Positions 1 through 9,224 of a stretch of DNA of 27,630 nucleotides are shown here, one piece after another. The stretch is from the UHGV virus genome UHGV-1949486; one strand, 5' to 3'. Position numbers and translations under genes: made by a program. Each line of letters starts with the position of its first letter. Within the stretch, counting starts at the first letter, position 1. This DNA comes from a virus. Under the pieces are notes generated by a model that saw nothing but the letters and a program-made list of their open reading frames with translations, did no database searches and was not told where the DNA came from.

Positions 1-336
1 TCAATCTCCCCCGGCTGAAACCGGAACCATCTCGCCAGCAGCCCCTGCGCCTGCGTCAGCGCCCTGGTTGCTCTCACCCATCCCCGTGATGAGCTGAAAT
101 CGTTTCTGTAACTGCAGGTAATCAGCCAGATCCATATTGTCGAGATCTTCCGGGAGAAGACCAGTACTGCGGGCAATCAGCGGTTCGTCCCAGTCTGCCG
201 GGTTTTTGCTGATTTTGCGCACCTGCTTCAGGTCTTTTACCGTCAGGCGTTTCAGTTCAACCAGCTCAATTCTGGTACCTGCAGCAGTGGTGAAGGGATA
301 AGACAATTTAAAAGTATCGGATGGGGTCTGTGACAT
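1..336 (-). CDS. Putative tail assembly chaperone (P2 gpE-like small acidic protein)
   Basis: 111-aa ORF with ATG at 336 and stop at 1-3; AGGAG Shine-Dalgarno 6-7 nt upstream; lies just downstream of the tail tube gene in the late operon; acidic C-terminus typical of tail chaperones. Confidence 0.45.
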   Translation of the reverse strand: MSQTPSDTFKLSYPFTTAAGTRIELVELKRLTVKDLKQVRKISKNPADWDEPLIARSTGLLPEDLDNMDLADYLQLQKRFQLITGMGESNQGADAGAGAAGEMVPVSAGGD

Positions 337-433
337 GATTGTGCTCCTGTGTAAGTTCAGGGCAGTATGTCGGGAGAAGCGCGTGACGGATATTAAAGGA
401 GATTAAGAAGAAGGGGCCGGAGCCCCTGTGATG

Positions 434-715
434 TCAGCAAGTGCGAAACCCCTTGCAGTTACGCAGGAAAGCGATGAGAAGCGTCTTTCCCTCAGATTTG
501 CCGATGCCGGAGAACCAGTGGTCGGGAGGCTCCCATGCTTCAATCAAATCCGCCAGTTTGCGGGCCTTTGAACGTGTGCAGTCAATCGGGTCATTGGTTT
601 TACGGGTATTAAAAAGGGTTTCCACCCCCGGAATATCAAGGAGGGTAAACCACGTACCATTTGACATGCCCAGTGCCGCACATCGTCCTCCTTTATCCGT
701 CAGTTCAACACTCAC
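434..715 (-). CDS. Hypothetical protein (late operon, between tail tube and chaperone-like gene)
   Basis: 93-aa ORF with GTG start 2 nt after the tube gene stop, GGGGG Shine-Dalgarno-like run upstream; no recognisable motif; could be spurious. Confidence 0.3.
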   Translation of the reverse strand: MSVELTDKGGRCAALGMSNGTWFTLLDIPGVETLFNTRKTNDPIDCTRSKARKLADLIEAWEPPDHWFSGIGKSEGKTLLIAFLRNCKGFRTC

Positions 716-717
716 CG

Positions 718-1239
718 TCAGCCCCCGATATTGATACGGTAGTCAGTCAGTTGATCAACACCGCCGACCCGGAAGATGTTGGCCAGATAGTCCAGTTGCA
801 GCAGCTCTTCACCATCCAGTACCTGTCTGATATACGTGCAGGTGAAGCTACTGGAGAACTCGGCGTTCTCGTGCTGTTTGAACGTCCCCAGCGGGTTCTT
901 CTTGAACATAATCGTCAGGAAGGTGACCAGCGGGATTTCGTCAATCAGCCCCTGCGAGCTGTAGCGCTGGACGCTGGAACGACACTGCAGTGCCAGCGAC
1001 CTGTACGGGTTCGCGGCAGACAGCATCGCATCGCGGTAAAAGCTGTTCCATTTGATTTCGCCTTCCAGTTTGTCAAAACCAGCCGGGAGTTCCACCTTAC
1101 CCACCATCCCCAGCGCCTTGTGTTCCTGCATAATCATGGAGACATCGGGGAGTTTAACTTCCTCAGCCCGTCCCAGCAGGTTAGTACCATCCAGATAGAT
1201 GTTGGCATTCGTGATGCGGTTTATCTCAATCTTTGACAT
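718..1239 (-). CDS. Tail tube protein (P2 FII / Mu M-like)
   Basis: 173 aa; begins directly after the sheath gene stop; N-terminal pattern (NANIYLDGTNLLG...EEVKLP) resembles contractile-tail tube proteins. Confidence 0.65.
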   Translation of the reverse strand: MSKIEINRITNANIYLDGTNLLGRAEEVKLPDVSMIMQEHKALGMVGKVELPAGFDKLEGEIKWNSFYRDAMLSAANPYRSLALQCRSSVQRYSSQGLIDEIPLVTFLTIMFKKNPLGTFKQHENAEFSSSFTCTYIRQVLDGEELLQLDYLANIFRVGGVDQLTDYRINIGG

Positions 1240-2666
1240 CAGTTGCCCCCTTTCAGGGTTAACAGGTATTCCGAGGTGATCTCAGTCTCAAACGTCAGTC
1301 GCTCCAGCGGCGGTGGTGGCGTATATTTGTAGCTCAGCAACAGGTGCCCGGCGGCCAGCTCCGTCTCCGGATTGCGGGCCGGATCAAACCAGCAACGGAA
1401 GCCCAGTACCGCACCATCACCAGTCATTTTGCGACCGTAGGCGTTGACCGACTCCGTCAGTGCATCAATCAGCGCCTGAGTAATCGGCATGTCGATGTAC
1501 TGCTGGCTGAAATAACGAATGGACTCGTTGATCACATCACCGGTGCGGCGAACGTTCTCAAAGTTACGCATATGGGTGACCGTTGGCCATGCTGCCGTCC
1601 GGTTACCCCACAGACGAAGGCCGCTGCCGTAACTGCTGAATACCGTGGTGATCCCCTGTTCGTTAAGCAGGTTCACCTCACTCTGCGGGTCATCAATCAT
1701 CGCGGACAGCTGGCGCTCCACGCCGGTGATCCCCAGAATCTCCTGATTGGAGGATGACCACCAGTAGCCCTTGTCCAGATCGACTCTGGCACGCAGACCT
1801 GCTGCACGCTGGCTGAGCGGCTCCAGACGCTCTGTGTTTGTCACCGGGTCATATACCTTCACATGCGGATAGCACAGACGGACGCGGTCGGAGCTGGTAT
1901 TGAAGTTGATGGTGCCTTCCGGGCCACGACCTGCCAGAGCCTGTGCAAAGGTGGTACCGACAGGCGCATCAATGTAGGTTACCGCGCCCAGCTTCTCTGC
2001 CATGGCGATAAGCTCAACTGCGACACTCTTCTGGGTGCAGAACACCGGCGCAATCAGAATTTTGGCGAAATAGCCGTACAGGTTGAAGCTGTCGTTAAGC
2101 AGCTTCATGCCGGTTCGGTTTCCGGCGCTGTTCACCCCGCCGATGATGTCCGCCGCAGTCACCTTCGACGGGTCCGCGTACTCATAGCTCACCTTCACGC
2201 TGCCACCGGCCTCAATAGCCTTGCCCAGGTTCGTGAGCACACCCGCCTGCGCATCAACACGGTAGTCCGTGTTCGCCGTGTGGGTGGTGCTGCCTTCACT
2301 GTTTTTCACCACCACATTAGCGACAACCGGATGCGCCAGTCTGGCCTGCCCTGTCGATTTGTCAAAGGTAACCACCTCATCCTCGATCGCCGTTTTATGT
2401 TTCGCCGGGTCGAGGACGTTAATGACCAGAACGGTGCCTGCACCATGGTCATAAATCGCATCCAGCGCCTGCGGAATGGTAAAGCCGGTGAACTGGCTGC
2501 CAAATGCCGCTGCGTCTTTCTCAGACAGGCACTGTACCAGCGTATTGACATCCCCCATCGGGGCGGTACCAATCAGGCCAATAACGGCAGATTTCACCGT
2601 TTTAACCGGGCGGGCACCGTTTTCCACCTCAATGGTTTCGGGACCATGCAGATAGTTAGCTGCCAT
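1239..2666 (-). CDS. Contractile tail sheath protein (Mu L / P2 FI-like)
   Basis: 475 aa, size and composition typical of myophage sheath proteins; positioned immediately upstream of the tube gene. Confidence 0.8.
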   Translation of the reverse strand: MAANYLHGPETIEVENGARPVKTVKSAVIGLIGTAPMGDVNTLVQCLSEKDAAAFGSQFTGFTIPQALDAIYDHGAGTVLVINVLDPAKHKTAIEDEVVTFDKSTGQARLAHPVVANVVVKNSEGSTTHTANTDYRVDAQAGVLTNLGKAIEAGGSVKVSYEYADPSKVTAADIIGGVNSAGNRTGMKLLNDSFNLYGYFAKILIAPVFCTQKSVAVELIAMAEKLGAVTYIDAPVGTTFAQALAGRGPEGTINFNTSSDRVRLCYPHVKVYDPVTNTERLEPLSQRAAGLRARVDLDKGYWWSSSNQEILGITGVERQLSAMIDDPQSEVNLLNEQGITTVFSSYGSGLRLWGNRTAAWPTVTHMRNFENVRRTGDVINESIRYFSQQYIDMPITQALIDALTESVNAYGRKMTGDGAVLGFRCWFDPARNPETELAAGHLLLSYKYTPPPPLERLTFETEITSEYLLTLKGGN

Positions 2667-2910
2667 GGGTGTCCTCCGTTTTCACTTCGCTGTCACTGCT
2701 GCTTCTGCGCTTTGGTGACTGCACAGCCGGTGTGCCGGCGGGTTTAGTCTCTTCAGGTACCGGCGTCAGATGTTTCAGCGCCACCAGTACCTTCACGTAG
2801 TCATGCTCCTCCGGCAGGGAAACCGTCTTCCCCGGCCAGAGCAGGATTTCGGTTCCGTCCGACAGCGTGACGCCGCTGGCCGGGCCGGAATAGCGGTATT
2901 CTTTCATCAC
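2656..2910 (-). CDS. Small hypothetical protein (Mu gp38 position)
   Basis: 84-aa ORF overlapping the sheath gene start by 11 bp; positional equivalent of the small gene preceding L in Mu. Confidence 0.4.
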   Translation of the reverse strand: MMKEYRYSGPASGVTLSDGTEILLWPGKTVSLPEEHDYVKVLVALKHLTPVPEETKPAGTPAVQSPKRRSSSDSEVKTEDTHGS

Positions 2911-3371
2911 TCGCTTTCCTCATAGTTCACTTCGGTTAACAGCGGGCCGGACGGTAAATCGCTGTCTTCGATAAAGACGCTTTCAGTCGCGAAGTCGAGG
3001 GCGTACTGCCACAGCCCCCTGACTTCACCGATAAACACCTCGCGGGTCAGCCAGATACGGCGGCGGCAGCCGGGCGGGGTGTGGCCACCGAGAATGCGGC
3101 GGACAGCATCCAGGACATTAATCGCCCCTTTTTTACCGTTGAGCTGGCGGAAGACCACCGTGACGCAGAGCTGGATAGTCTGAGACTGGATCACCGCACC
3201 GGTATCATCCGGCCTGTCAAAGCGCGAACCGGCATAGCTCAACAGCAACGCGCCAACCGGATGGTTCAGGCGATATTCAGCCGGTTTCTCCGGGAAGTAC
3301 TCCACCTGCAGTTGCGGCAGCTTCTCGCGTAACCGGGCCAGTACCGCATCAAGGACGGGCAGAACGTTCAT
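2907..3371 (-). CDS. Mu gp37-like protein (DUF1834 family, tail/neck associated)
   Basis: 154 aa; gene order and size match Mu gp37; start and stop overlap neighbours by 1-4 bp (translational coupling). Confidence 0.5.
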   Translation of the reverse strand: MNVLPVLDAVLARLREKLPQLQVEYFPEKPAEYRLNHPVGALLLSYAGSRFDRPDDTGAVIQSQTIQLCVTVVFRQLNGKKGAINVLDAVRRILGGHTPPGCRRRIWLTREVFIGEVRGLWQYALDFATESVFIEDSDLPSGPLLTEVNYEESE

Positions 3372-3817
3372 CAGTATTTCTCCAGTAAACCGTCACGACC
3401 GCCGAAAGTGGCCGGGCGACTGCGTACACGAAACTCGCCAGGCTCAGGCACATCTTTCTGAGTGGACGGCAGCCCCAGCGTGAGCCTGTTATCACGTAAC
3501 TCCCTGAGTTGCCGCAGCGCTTCTTTGTGGTCATCCTTCACCGTATCCGGGAGGTCACCTTCCGGGCGGCGGGCGTAGAGCCGGTAACGGACCAGCGTGA
3601 TGGCAATGTCCCGCAGAACAGTCGGTATCTCTGCCAGTGGCAGGATATAGCGTCCGCGCAGATGGGCATCAATCAGCTCGTCGGCATAGCGGATACAGCT
3701 GTCCACCACACGGGTATTCACTGTTGCAGGCGAGTCGAAGTCCATCTCTTCACTGGTGAGTTCGATAAGCGTCCGCTCCGGCACCTGCGCAAGCAAATCC
3801 TCCAGGGTGCAGTACAT
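3371..3817 (-). CDS. Mu gp36-like protein (DUF1320 family)
   Basis: Long ORF 3371-3979 trimmed to the ATG at 3817 (MYCTLEDLL...), which lies 1 nt after the upstream gene stop; size of about 148 aa matches the gp36 family. Confidence 0.5.
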   Translation of the reverse strand: MYCTLEDLLAQVPERTLIELTSEEMDFDSPATVNTRVVDSCIRYADELIDAHLRGRYILPLAEIPTVLRDIAITLVRYRLYARRPEGDLPDTVKDDHKEALRQLRELRDNRLTLGLPSTQKDVPEPGEFRVRSRPATFGGRDGLLEKY

Positions 3818-3818
3818 G

Positions 3819-4157
3819 TCACACCCCGCGCAGGATACGAATGACGTCGCCTTCACCCCCGGCTTCATCAAGTGCAATACCACAGGATTTACCGTCGCCG
3901 GACTGCGGCACGGCTCTGGCCTGAGCATCTGACTGAACAGCCACACCACGGCTGACAGCGGCCCCGGCCTCGACAGCAATAATGCCCAGAACGCTCACCG
4001 GCGTGCTGTCGCCGGTAACAGCATCCACTTCGGCAACCCCGAGCGCTGCGGCACCGGCTTTACAGGGGGTATTATCTGCCCCGACAAAACGCTGCTGTGT
4101 CAGTGCGGCCCCTGCCGTTACGGTTGTGATCAGAATGACCTGCTGAGTGGTTCCCAT
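3819..4157 (-). CDS. Hypothetical Ala/Gly-rich head-region protein (Mu gp35 position)
   Basis: 112-aa ORF directly downstream of the major capsid gene; no specific motif recognised. Confidence 0.4.
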   Translation of the reverse strand: MGTTQQVILITTVTAGAALTQQRFVGADNTPCKAGAAALGVAEVDAVTGDSTPVSVLGIIAVEAGAAVSRGVAVQSDAQARAVPQSGDGKSCGIALDEAGGEGDVIRILRGV

Positions 4158-4166
4158 AACGCCTCC

Positions 4167-5120
4167 TTATTTACTGATACCGGTGATGAGATACCCGGCA
4201 TCGCCACCAACCACGGCGACTTTGTAGATATCGGTATAACGGCAGTACTTCACCTTGCCACCGGCTCCGTCGTATTTGTCAGCAACAGGCATCCCCTTAC
4301 GACGCAGGGTGTAGCCGAAGGACGGCTCGTTCTCGTCCGCGCTGTCCGCCCCGGGCTGCGGTTTGCCGACATAGTGCAGCATCAGGTTGTCTCCCCAGAT
4401 ATCCGCCGGCACGCTGTCCTTATCCATTGCCGCTTTCATGGACGGCAGGGAGACAGGCGCACCGATGACGATCTCTTCGATCTGAAAGAGGTCCTGCAGG
4501 ATTTCTGTGGTGATGCGCTTGCGTTCGTTGGCTCCGATGGCAGCCTGAAGTGCCGGATGGAACTTCAGCAGCGCCATCACGCCGGCACCCATGGTCATCA
4601 GGTTAGGACGCAGCCCCGTGGCCGTACGGACCGCTTCCATACCGGCTTCAATCACCCCGATGGGGTCCCCCTTACCACCGGCCCAGCGATCACTGGCTGT
4701 CAGTTTTTTAACGTGCCCGGTACGGTAGACCTTTTGATCCTGAGCCAGACGGGCGGCGATAAGTTCACGGCGCAGGTTCACGCCATTCGTGGCGCGACGG
4801 ATGGCCTTGCTCTCTTCGTTAAACATGGACTCCGCCTGTTCGCGGTAATCCACCGGTGCTGCCAGATCGTGTTCACCCAGCACCAGATCCAGTGTGCCGG
4901 TTTTCTCACGGACCAGAACATTGCTGTCCGCCCCGACGGCACGCTCAGTGTCATATTCCACAAAGGCGGTTTTCCCGAAGGTCGGCACACGCACGCCTTC
5001 CTTGTCCGTCAGCACGACGGGGAAAATACGTTCGCCAATGAATGCGGCATTTTTATAGCCTCGGGCGATACTGGTCAGTACCGGATCAACGACACGTTTA
5101 CCTTTTAAGTAATCAGACAT
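4167..5120 (-). CDS. Major capsid protein (Mu gpT-like major head subunit)
   Basis: 317 aa, downstream of the I-like gene and upstream of gp36/gp37-like genes, as in Mu. Confidence 0.7.
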   Translation of the reverse strand: MSDYLKGKRVVDPVLTSIARGYKNAAFIGERIFPVVLTDKEGVRVPTFGKTAFVEYDTERAVGADSNVLVREKTGTLDLVLGEHDLAAPVDYREQAESMFNEESKAIRRATNGVNLRRELIAARLAQDQKVYRTGHVKKLTASDRWAGGKGDPIGVIEAGMEAVRTATGLRPNLMTMGAGVMALLKFHPALQAAIGANERKRITTEILQDLFQIEEIVIGAPVSLPSMKAAMDKDSVPADIWGDNLMLHYVGKPQPGADSADENEPSFGYTLRRKGMPVADKYDGAGGKVKYCRYTDIYKVAVVGGDAGYLITGISK

Positions 5121-5134
5121 GATTTCTCCTTAAA

Positions 5135-6250
5135 TTACAGGCAGCGTGCGACAGCAGCCTCATAGCTGATGCCTTCTTTTTTGGACAGGGCCACTGCTTT
5201 CTGATGCAGGGCCAGACGCTCAGGATCGGCTTCCGCAAACTCCGCCACATCCACCTTCACCGTGTCGCCGACACGCTCCTTTGTGGCCTGTTCGGCGAAA
5301 TTCATCACCGGCTCCCCGTCGGAGAGCAATGAACGGAAGGCGGTGGCCAGCGGCGTGCGGCTTTCCCCCTCAGCAAACTCCACCGGCTTGTCGCCACCGG
5401 CGACGGCATCCAGCAGGGCAACCACCACGGAGGAGGCGCGGGGAGCCAGACGCCCCTCTGCGACCAGTTTTTCTGCAAAGGCCACATTGTCCTTATGCAG
5501 TTGCTCCTGTCTGGCCTGTGCATCACGCGCATCGCGATCAGCAGCCTGCTGCTTCAGGCGGCGGTTCTCCTCCTGAAGGGCTTCAATCTCTTCTTTTGTC
5601 ATCGATGATTCCTCGTTACTTGCGGAAGACGGCACCTGGCCTGTCTCACTGAATTGTGCACCTGCTGCATCCTGCGACGGTGCGTCGCGGTACGCCTCTT
5701 CGCGCAGATTGTTGAGCTGCCATTCCGGCAGGACTTTTTCTGCTTCGTCCAGACTGAAGCGGGCGATCAGAAAATCGCGCAGCTTTCCCCACAGGGAGGC
5801 ATTCGTGATGGCCTGCCAGTCGGCGAACTCCACCACACCTTCTTCCTGCTCACTGAAGGACACCTGTTTCAGCCCCTTGACGGAAGGTGGCTGTGCCCCG
5901 AGAAAGCCCACATGGCGCAGGTAGAGCACGCCGGGCTTCGGATTGGACGGTGAATCCGGGAGGTAGAAAGAGGCGGACACTTTTTTGAATCGTCCGTTGG
6001 TGACCATCTCAGCAAACTGCGGGTCCAGCTGGGCAGGCTCTGCCATCAGATCGACGCCGCTGAGCGACAGGGCTTTCACCCAGCCCCACGCCGGGTCTTC
6101 CGTTCTGGGATGACCAATCACGAGTGGTGCTTCATGGACGGACGGGTCATAGGCTTTCACGCAGGCGGCAAGATCGTCTGGCGTGAACGGCAGTTTTTTG
6201 CCGTGCATATCGGTATGAGTACCGGCTTTAAAAATGTGAATGGCTGACAT
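5135..6250 (-). CDS. Head maturation protease / scaffold protein (Mu gpI-like)
   Basis: 371 aa; C-terminal charged coiled-coil-like segment (EEIEALQEENRRLKQQAADRDARDAQARQEQL) as in scaffold domains; Mu-order position between G and T. Confidence 0.6.
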   Translation of the reverse strand: MSAIHIFKAGTHTDMHGKKLPFTPDDLAACVKAYDPSVHEAPLVIGHPRTEDPAWGWVKALSLSGVDLMAEPAQLDPQFAEMVTNGRFKKVSASFYLPDSPSNPKPGVLYLRHVGFLGAQPPSVKGLKQVSFSEQEEGVVEFADWQAITNASLWGKLRDFLIARFSLDEAEKVLPEWQLNNLREEAYRDAPSQDAAGAQFSETGQVPSSASNEESSMTKEEIEALQEENRRLKQQAADRDARDAQARQEQLHKDNVAFAEKLVAEGRLAPRASSVVVALLDAVAGGDKPVEFAEGESRTPLATAFRSLLSDGEPVMNFAEQATKERVGDTVKVDVAEFAEADPERLALHQKAVALSKKEGISYEAAVARCL

Positions 6251-6464
6251 TTTGCTGTCCCGCGTTATGTTGTCGGAGACAGTTTGTGAGAAATGCAGGC
6301 CCGGCGATTTTAATCTGCTTTAGAAAACATCAGGGGAGAAGGACAGGGAAAGCAATGCGGTGAACCGGAAGCGGTTATAAAACAGAGGCTGTAAAGCCTT
6401 TATAAAGGTAATACAGCCCCTCATTCGCTGGCAATGATAAATCACCCGCCTGAAGAGAGAAAAC

Positions 6465-6923
6465 TCAGCGACGGGCCGCTGATTCAAGATGGCGGACAAT
6501 GGTATCGAGGATGGGGATTACCACTTCAGGCTGTAGTTCTCCATCCCCCGTCACCGGCAGGAACGGGCGGGCCGGAAGTTCAACAGACTCATTACGCCCC
6601 GTTTTACCCCCGAACTGGTGAATGGTACCGTAAACAACGTTGGTCCCCACAACAGCCTGCCGGTCGTCATGGTCGGTTGATACTGACCCCATCAGACGCC
6701 CGGTATCCTGCAGTGTCTGCCCGTCACGTTCTTCCGCTGCCAGCGAGGGCATCCACCCCGGACGCCCCTCATCAAGAAAGTTAAACTGTGTTTCCGCCAG
6801 CAGGGTTCCGGCGATTTTGCGCATCGCGGGCTCCAGGTCTGTGGCAGCCAGATCCAGCGCACGGAGGCTCCGGCGCAGGGATTTATCGTTAATGGTGATA
6901 CTGACCAGGTTATCGGAAGCCAT
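6465..6923 (-). CDS. Virion morphogenesis protein (Mu gpG-like)
   Basis: 152 aa; position after the F-like gene; sequence pattern resembles the phage virion morphogenesis family. Confidence 0.6.
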   Translation of the reverse strand: MASDNLVSITINDKSLRRSLRALDLAATDLEPAMRKIAGTLLAETQFNFLDEGRPGWMPSLAAEERDGQTLQDTGRLMGSVSTDHDDRQAVVGTNVVYGTIHQFGGKTGRNESVELPARPFLPVTGDGELQPEVVIPILDTIVRHLESAARR

Positions 6924-6925
6924 TG

Positions 6926-7747
6926 TTATCCTCTCAGTTCCTGTTGTGCCAGTGGCTGAAGCGTACCCTGATAGCGGGCCAGGTCGGGACGGTATGCTGC
7001 CCCCGGTGCATAAGACCAGCCGACGTCGGTGGTCACCTTCGTGGTGCCGGTATTAAAGGTGGCCACGTTCCGCATTTCGCCGGTTTTCTCTGAGACCAGT
7101 TTCAGTTCCTGGCCCATGGCAGAGCCGGAGCTGATAACCTTCAGGCCACGGGCACGGACATCCGCCGCACTCAGGGCAATCACACTACAGCGGCAGCGCC
7201 AGCCGTTCGGCGGGGAAAAAGGCCGCCACAACGGGGCATTCCCGCGCGACCCCAGACCATGCAGCGCCAGATGGCTCCTGCGGGTATGGCTGTCGTTGAT
7301 GCCGGTATACATCCAGTACGGCCTGTCGTCGACGTTTTCCATCTGTTCCGCCCAACGACCGGCGCTGTAGAGTACGGACATATTGGTGCGAAAGATGGTA
7401 TCGAGCCGCCACGGACTGCCCTGCTGAATGGTGACCGGCTCACCCGTTACCGGGTCAGTCGTGTCACGTGGTCCCCACCATCCCTTACGCTTCAGCACCG
7501 GCTCCAGCTCCTGCCGGAACCAGCGATCGGTTTTTCCTTCATCGACAGCCTGCTGCAGTGCCCCGCGAATATCTTCCAGAATATCCAGGCGGGTCACTTT
7601 AGCGACGGTAAAGGCGCGGGCATGGGCTTCCTGCCACATTTCTTCCCAGTCCCAGGTAATCTGATACCCTTTGGACTTCAGGTAACTGACTGCCCGCTTC
7701 GGGGGAAGCGTCATGCAGTACGCCAGTTCAGCCGTTGTCACGCTCAT
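6926..7747 (-). CDS. Head morphogenesis protein (Mu gpF-like)
   Basis: Long ORF begins with TTG at 7774; ATG at 7747 with GGGGG Shine-Dalgarno-like run upstream preferred; about 273 aa; follows the portal gene as Mu F follows gp29. Confidence 0.65.
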   Translation of the reverse strand: MSVTTAELAYCMTLPPKRAVSYLKSKGYQITWDWEEMWQEAHARAFTVAKVTRLDILEDIRGALQQAVDEGKTDRWFRQELEPVLKRKGWWGPRDTTDPVTGEPVTIQQGSPWRLDTIFRTNMSVLYSAGRWAEQMENVDDRPYWMYTGINDSHTRRSHLALHGLGSRGNAPLWRPFSPPNGWRCRCSVIALSAADVRARGLKVISSGSAMGQELKLVSEKTGEMRNVATFNTGTTKVTTDVGWSYAPGAAYRPDLARYQGTLQPLAQQELRG

Positions 7748-9224
7748 GCAGACGCCCCCAGATATTTGCCACAAAGAGAATGCGGGCCAGCCGTTCCTGC
7801 AGATCGTCCGTGTTCATCTGAGGGTAGAGCTCCGCCAGTTCGCCCAGCAGCTCAGACGGGTTAACCCCGTTTTCGACCCGCTTAAACAGAGGTGCCAGGA
7901 CGGGTTCCAGCGTGCCATTTAACACACCTCCGTTCATCAGAATGTCCAGCGCGTCGTCAAGCTGCTGCTGAGCCTGAATATCGGCATCAATCGCCTCGGC
8001 AAATGACAGCGGCAGCATGTTCTTCTCGCGTTCTGACGGTGGTGTCTCGTCAATATCGCCGTCCTGCAGCTGGTACTCACGCTTGAAGTATTGCGGGGTC
8101 AGACGCAGACCCGCCCGGGTGAGTTTTTCGTCGCGGGTGGCACGGGTGTCATCAATGGCCTCCTGTTCCCACATGGCCCAGACCGGACACGGCACATCGC
8201 CGAAGTTCAGGGTGACCACCGTTCTGATGACCTGATTCACTGCCGCCTGAATGATGTCCGCATCCGCATCGCGGATATCAGCCGTTACCTCCAGCCCGGC
8301 CTGTGCAGAGGCCTTGTTACTGTTCGCTTCCGTGGTCTGATTCTGACCGAGTAATGCAATGGAGATCTCACTGCGTGACAGCGTGATCAGCTCGCGGAAT
8401 ACCTCGCTGCTGTCCGCCTTGCCATCCGCGGCTTTGAGTTCGATGCTGCTGTCATCGGGGATGGCGGCCACCGCGTCCTCCACCATCTGCTCCATGGAGT
8501 CCAGCAGTTTTTCAATCTCTGCATCATTTGCACCCCTCGGGTGCTTACCGATCACCCATGGGGAGCCAAACTTTTCGGCAAAGCGGAGCCAGAATTTCAT
8601 CCCGCCTTTCTTGAAGGCGACCGGCCAGAAGCACATGGACAGGTCAGGGAAACCGTAAGGATTGTCATACGAGGCATCCTGTGCCGGCACCACGAATTTT
8701 GACGGTGACAGCAGCTCACCCTCCACACCCGCATCACGCGCCCGGAAGCGCAGGCAGTTGTCCGTATCAAACTGAAACCACTCAGGCGGTTTGCCGACAA
8801 TATCCGTCACCGCCCACGCCCTGACCGAACGGCCCCACATGATTTCACAGGGCTGATACCCGTAGAGCACGGCATCGCTCATCTCACCGATGATGCGGGA
8901 CAGATCCAGATCGTCGAGCATGTCGCGGATGAAACGGAAGACCCGGGCAGAAGCGTGACCGCGCTCCAGTCCACGCTCCAGTGATTTGAGCGCTGCTTTA
9001 CGTCTGCGGATACAGCCCCCGACCAGCGGGTCGGTGCGCAGTTCGCGGTAGATACGGATATCCCGTCCCTGAGCCTTGAGAATGGGATCAGGGTTGGGCA
9101 GGTACATTCCCAGAGCGTAAAAGTCGATGGCGCGACTGCGCGAGGCAATCTGCGCGGTCAGTGATTTTTTGGGTTCGGTGAACGCCACGAACTCATCGGG
9201 TGAAACCCAGATACCTTTTGCCAT
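7728..9224 (-). CDS. Portal protein (Mu gp29-like, DUF935 family)
   Basis: 498 aa; immediately downstream of the terminase large subunit (stop/start overlap at 9224); N-terminal region resembles Mu-type portal proteins. Confidence 0.7.
   Translation of the reverse strand: MAKGIWVSPDEFVAFTEPKKSLTAQIASRSRAIDFYALGMYLPNPDPILKAQGRDIRIYRELRTDPLVGGCIRRRKAALKSLERGLERGHASARVFRFIRDMLDDLDLSRIIGEMSDAVLYGYQPCEIMWGRSVRAWAVTDIVGKPPEWFQFDTDNCLRFRARDAGVEGELLSPSKFVVPAQDASYDNPYGFPDLSMCFWPVAFKKGGMKFWLRFAEKFGSPWVIGKHPRGANDAEIEKLLDSMEQMVEDAVAAIPDDSSIELKAADGKADSSEVFRELITLSRSEISIALLGQNQTTEANSNKASAQAGLEVTADIRDADADIIQAAVNQVIRTVVTLNFGDVPCPVWAMWEQEAIDDTRATRDEKLTRAGLRLTPQYFKREYQLQDGDIDETPPSEREKNMLPLSFAEAIDADIQAQQQLDDALDILMNGGVLNGTLEPVLAPLFKRVENGVNPSELLGELAELYPQMNTDDLQERLARILFVANIWGRLHERDNG

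Noticed and set aside
409-430. Short GC hairpin (AGGGGC cgga GCCCCT) between the 434-715 ORF and the chaperone-like gene as an intra-operon terminator
   Set aside because: Only a 6-bp stem and a weak T tract on the minus strand, inside a co-directional operon; more likely incidental
661-1236. 191-aa plus-strand ORF antisense to the tail tube gene
   Set aside because: Fully overlaps a well-supported minus-strand structural gene in GC-rich DNA; no ribosome-binding site; low-complexity translation; typical antisense artefact
1863-2747. 294-aa plus-strand ORF antisense to the tail sheath gene
   Set aside because: Arg/Cys/His-rich translation characteristic of a GC-rich antisense frame; sheath gene on the opposite strand is far better supported
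4374-5108. 244-aa plus-strand ORF antisense to the major capsid gene
   Set aside because: Antisense to a Mu-order capsid gene; no start context; composition looks non-protein-like
7259-7864. 201-aa plus-strand ORF antisense to the F-like and portal genes
   Set aside because: Overlaps two coupled minus-strand genes; artefact of high GC content
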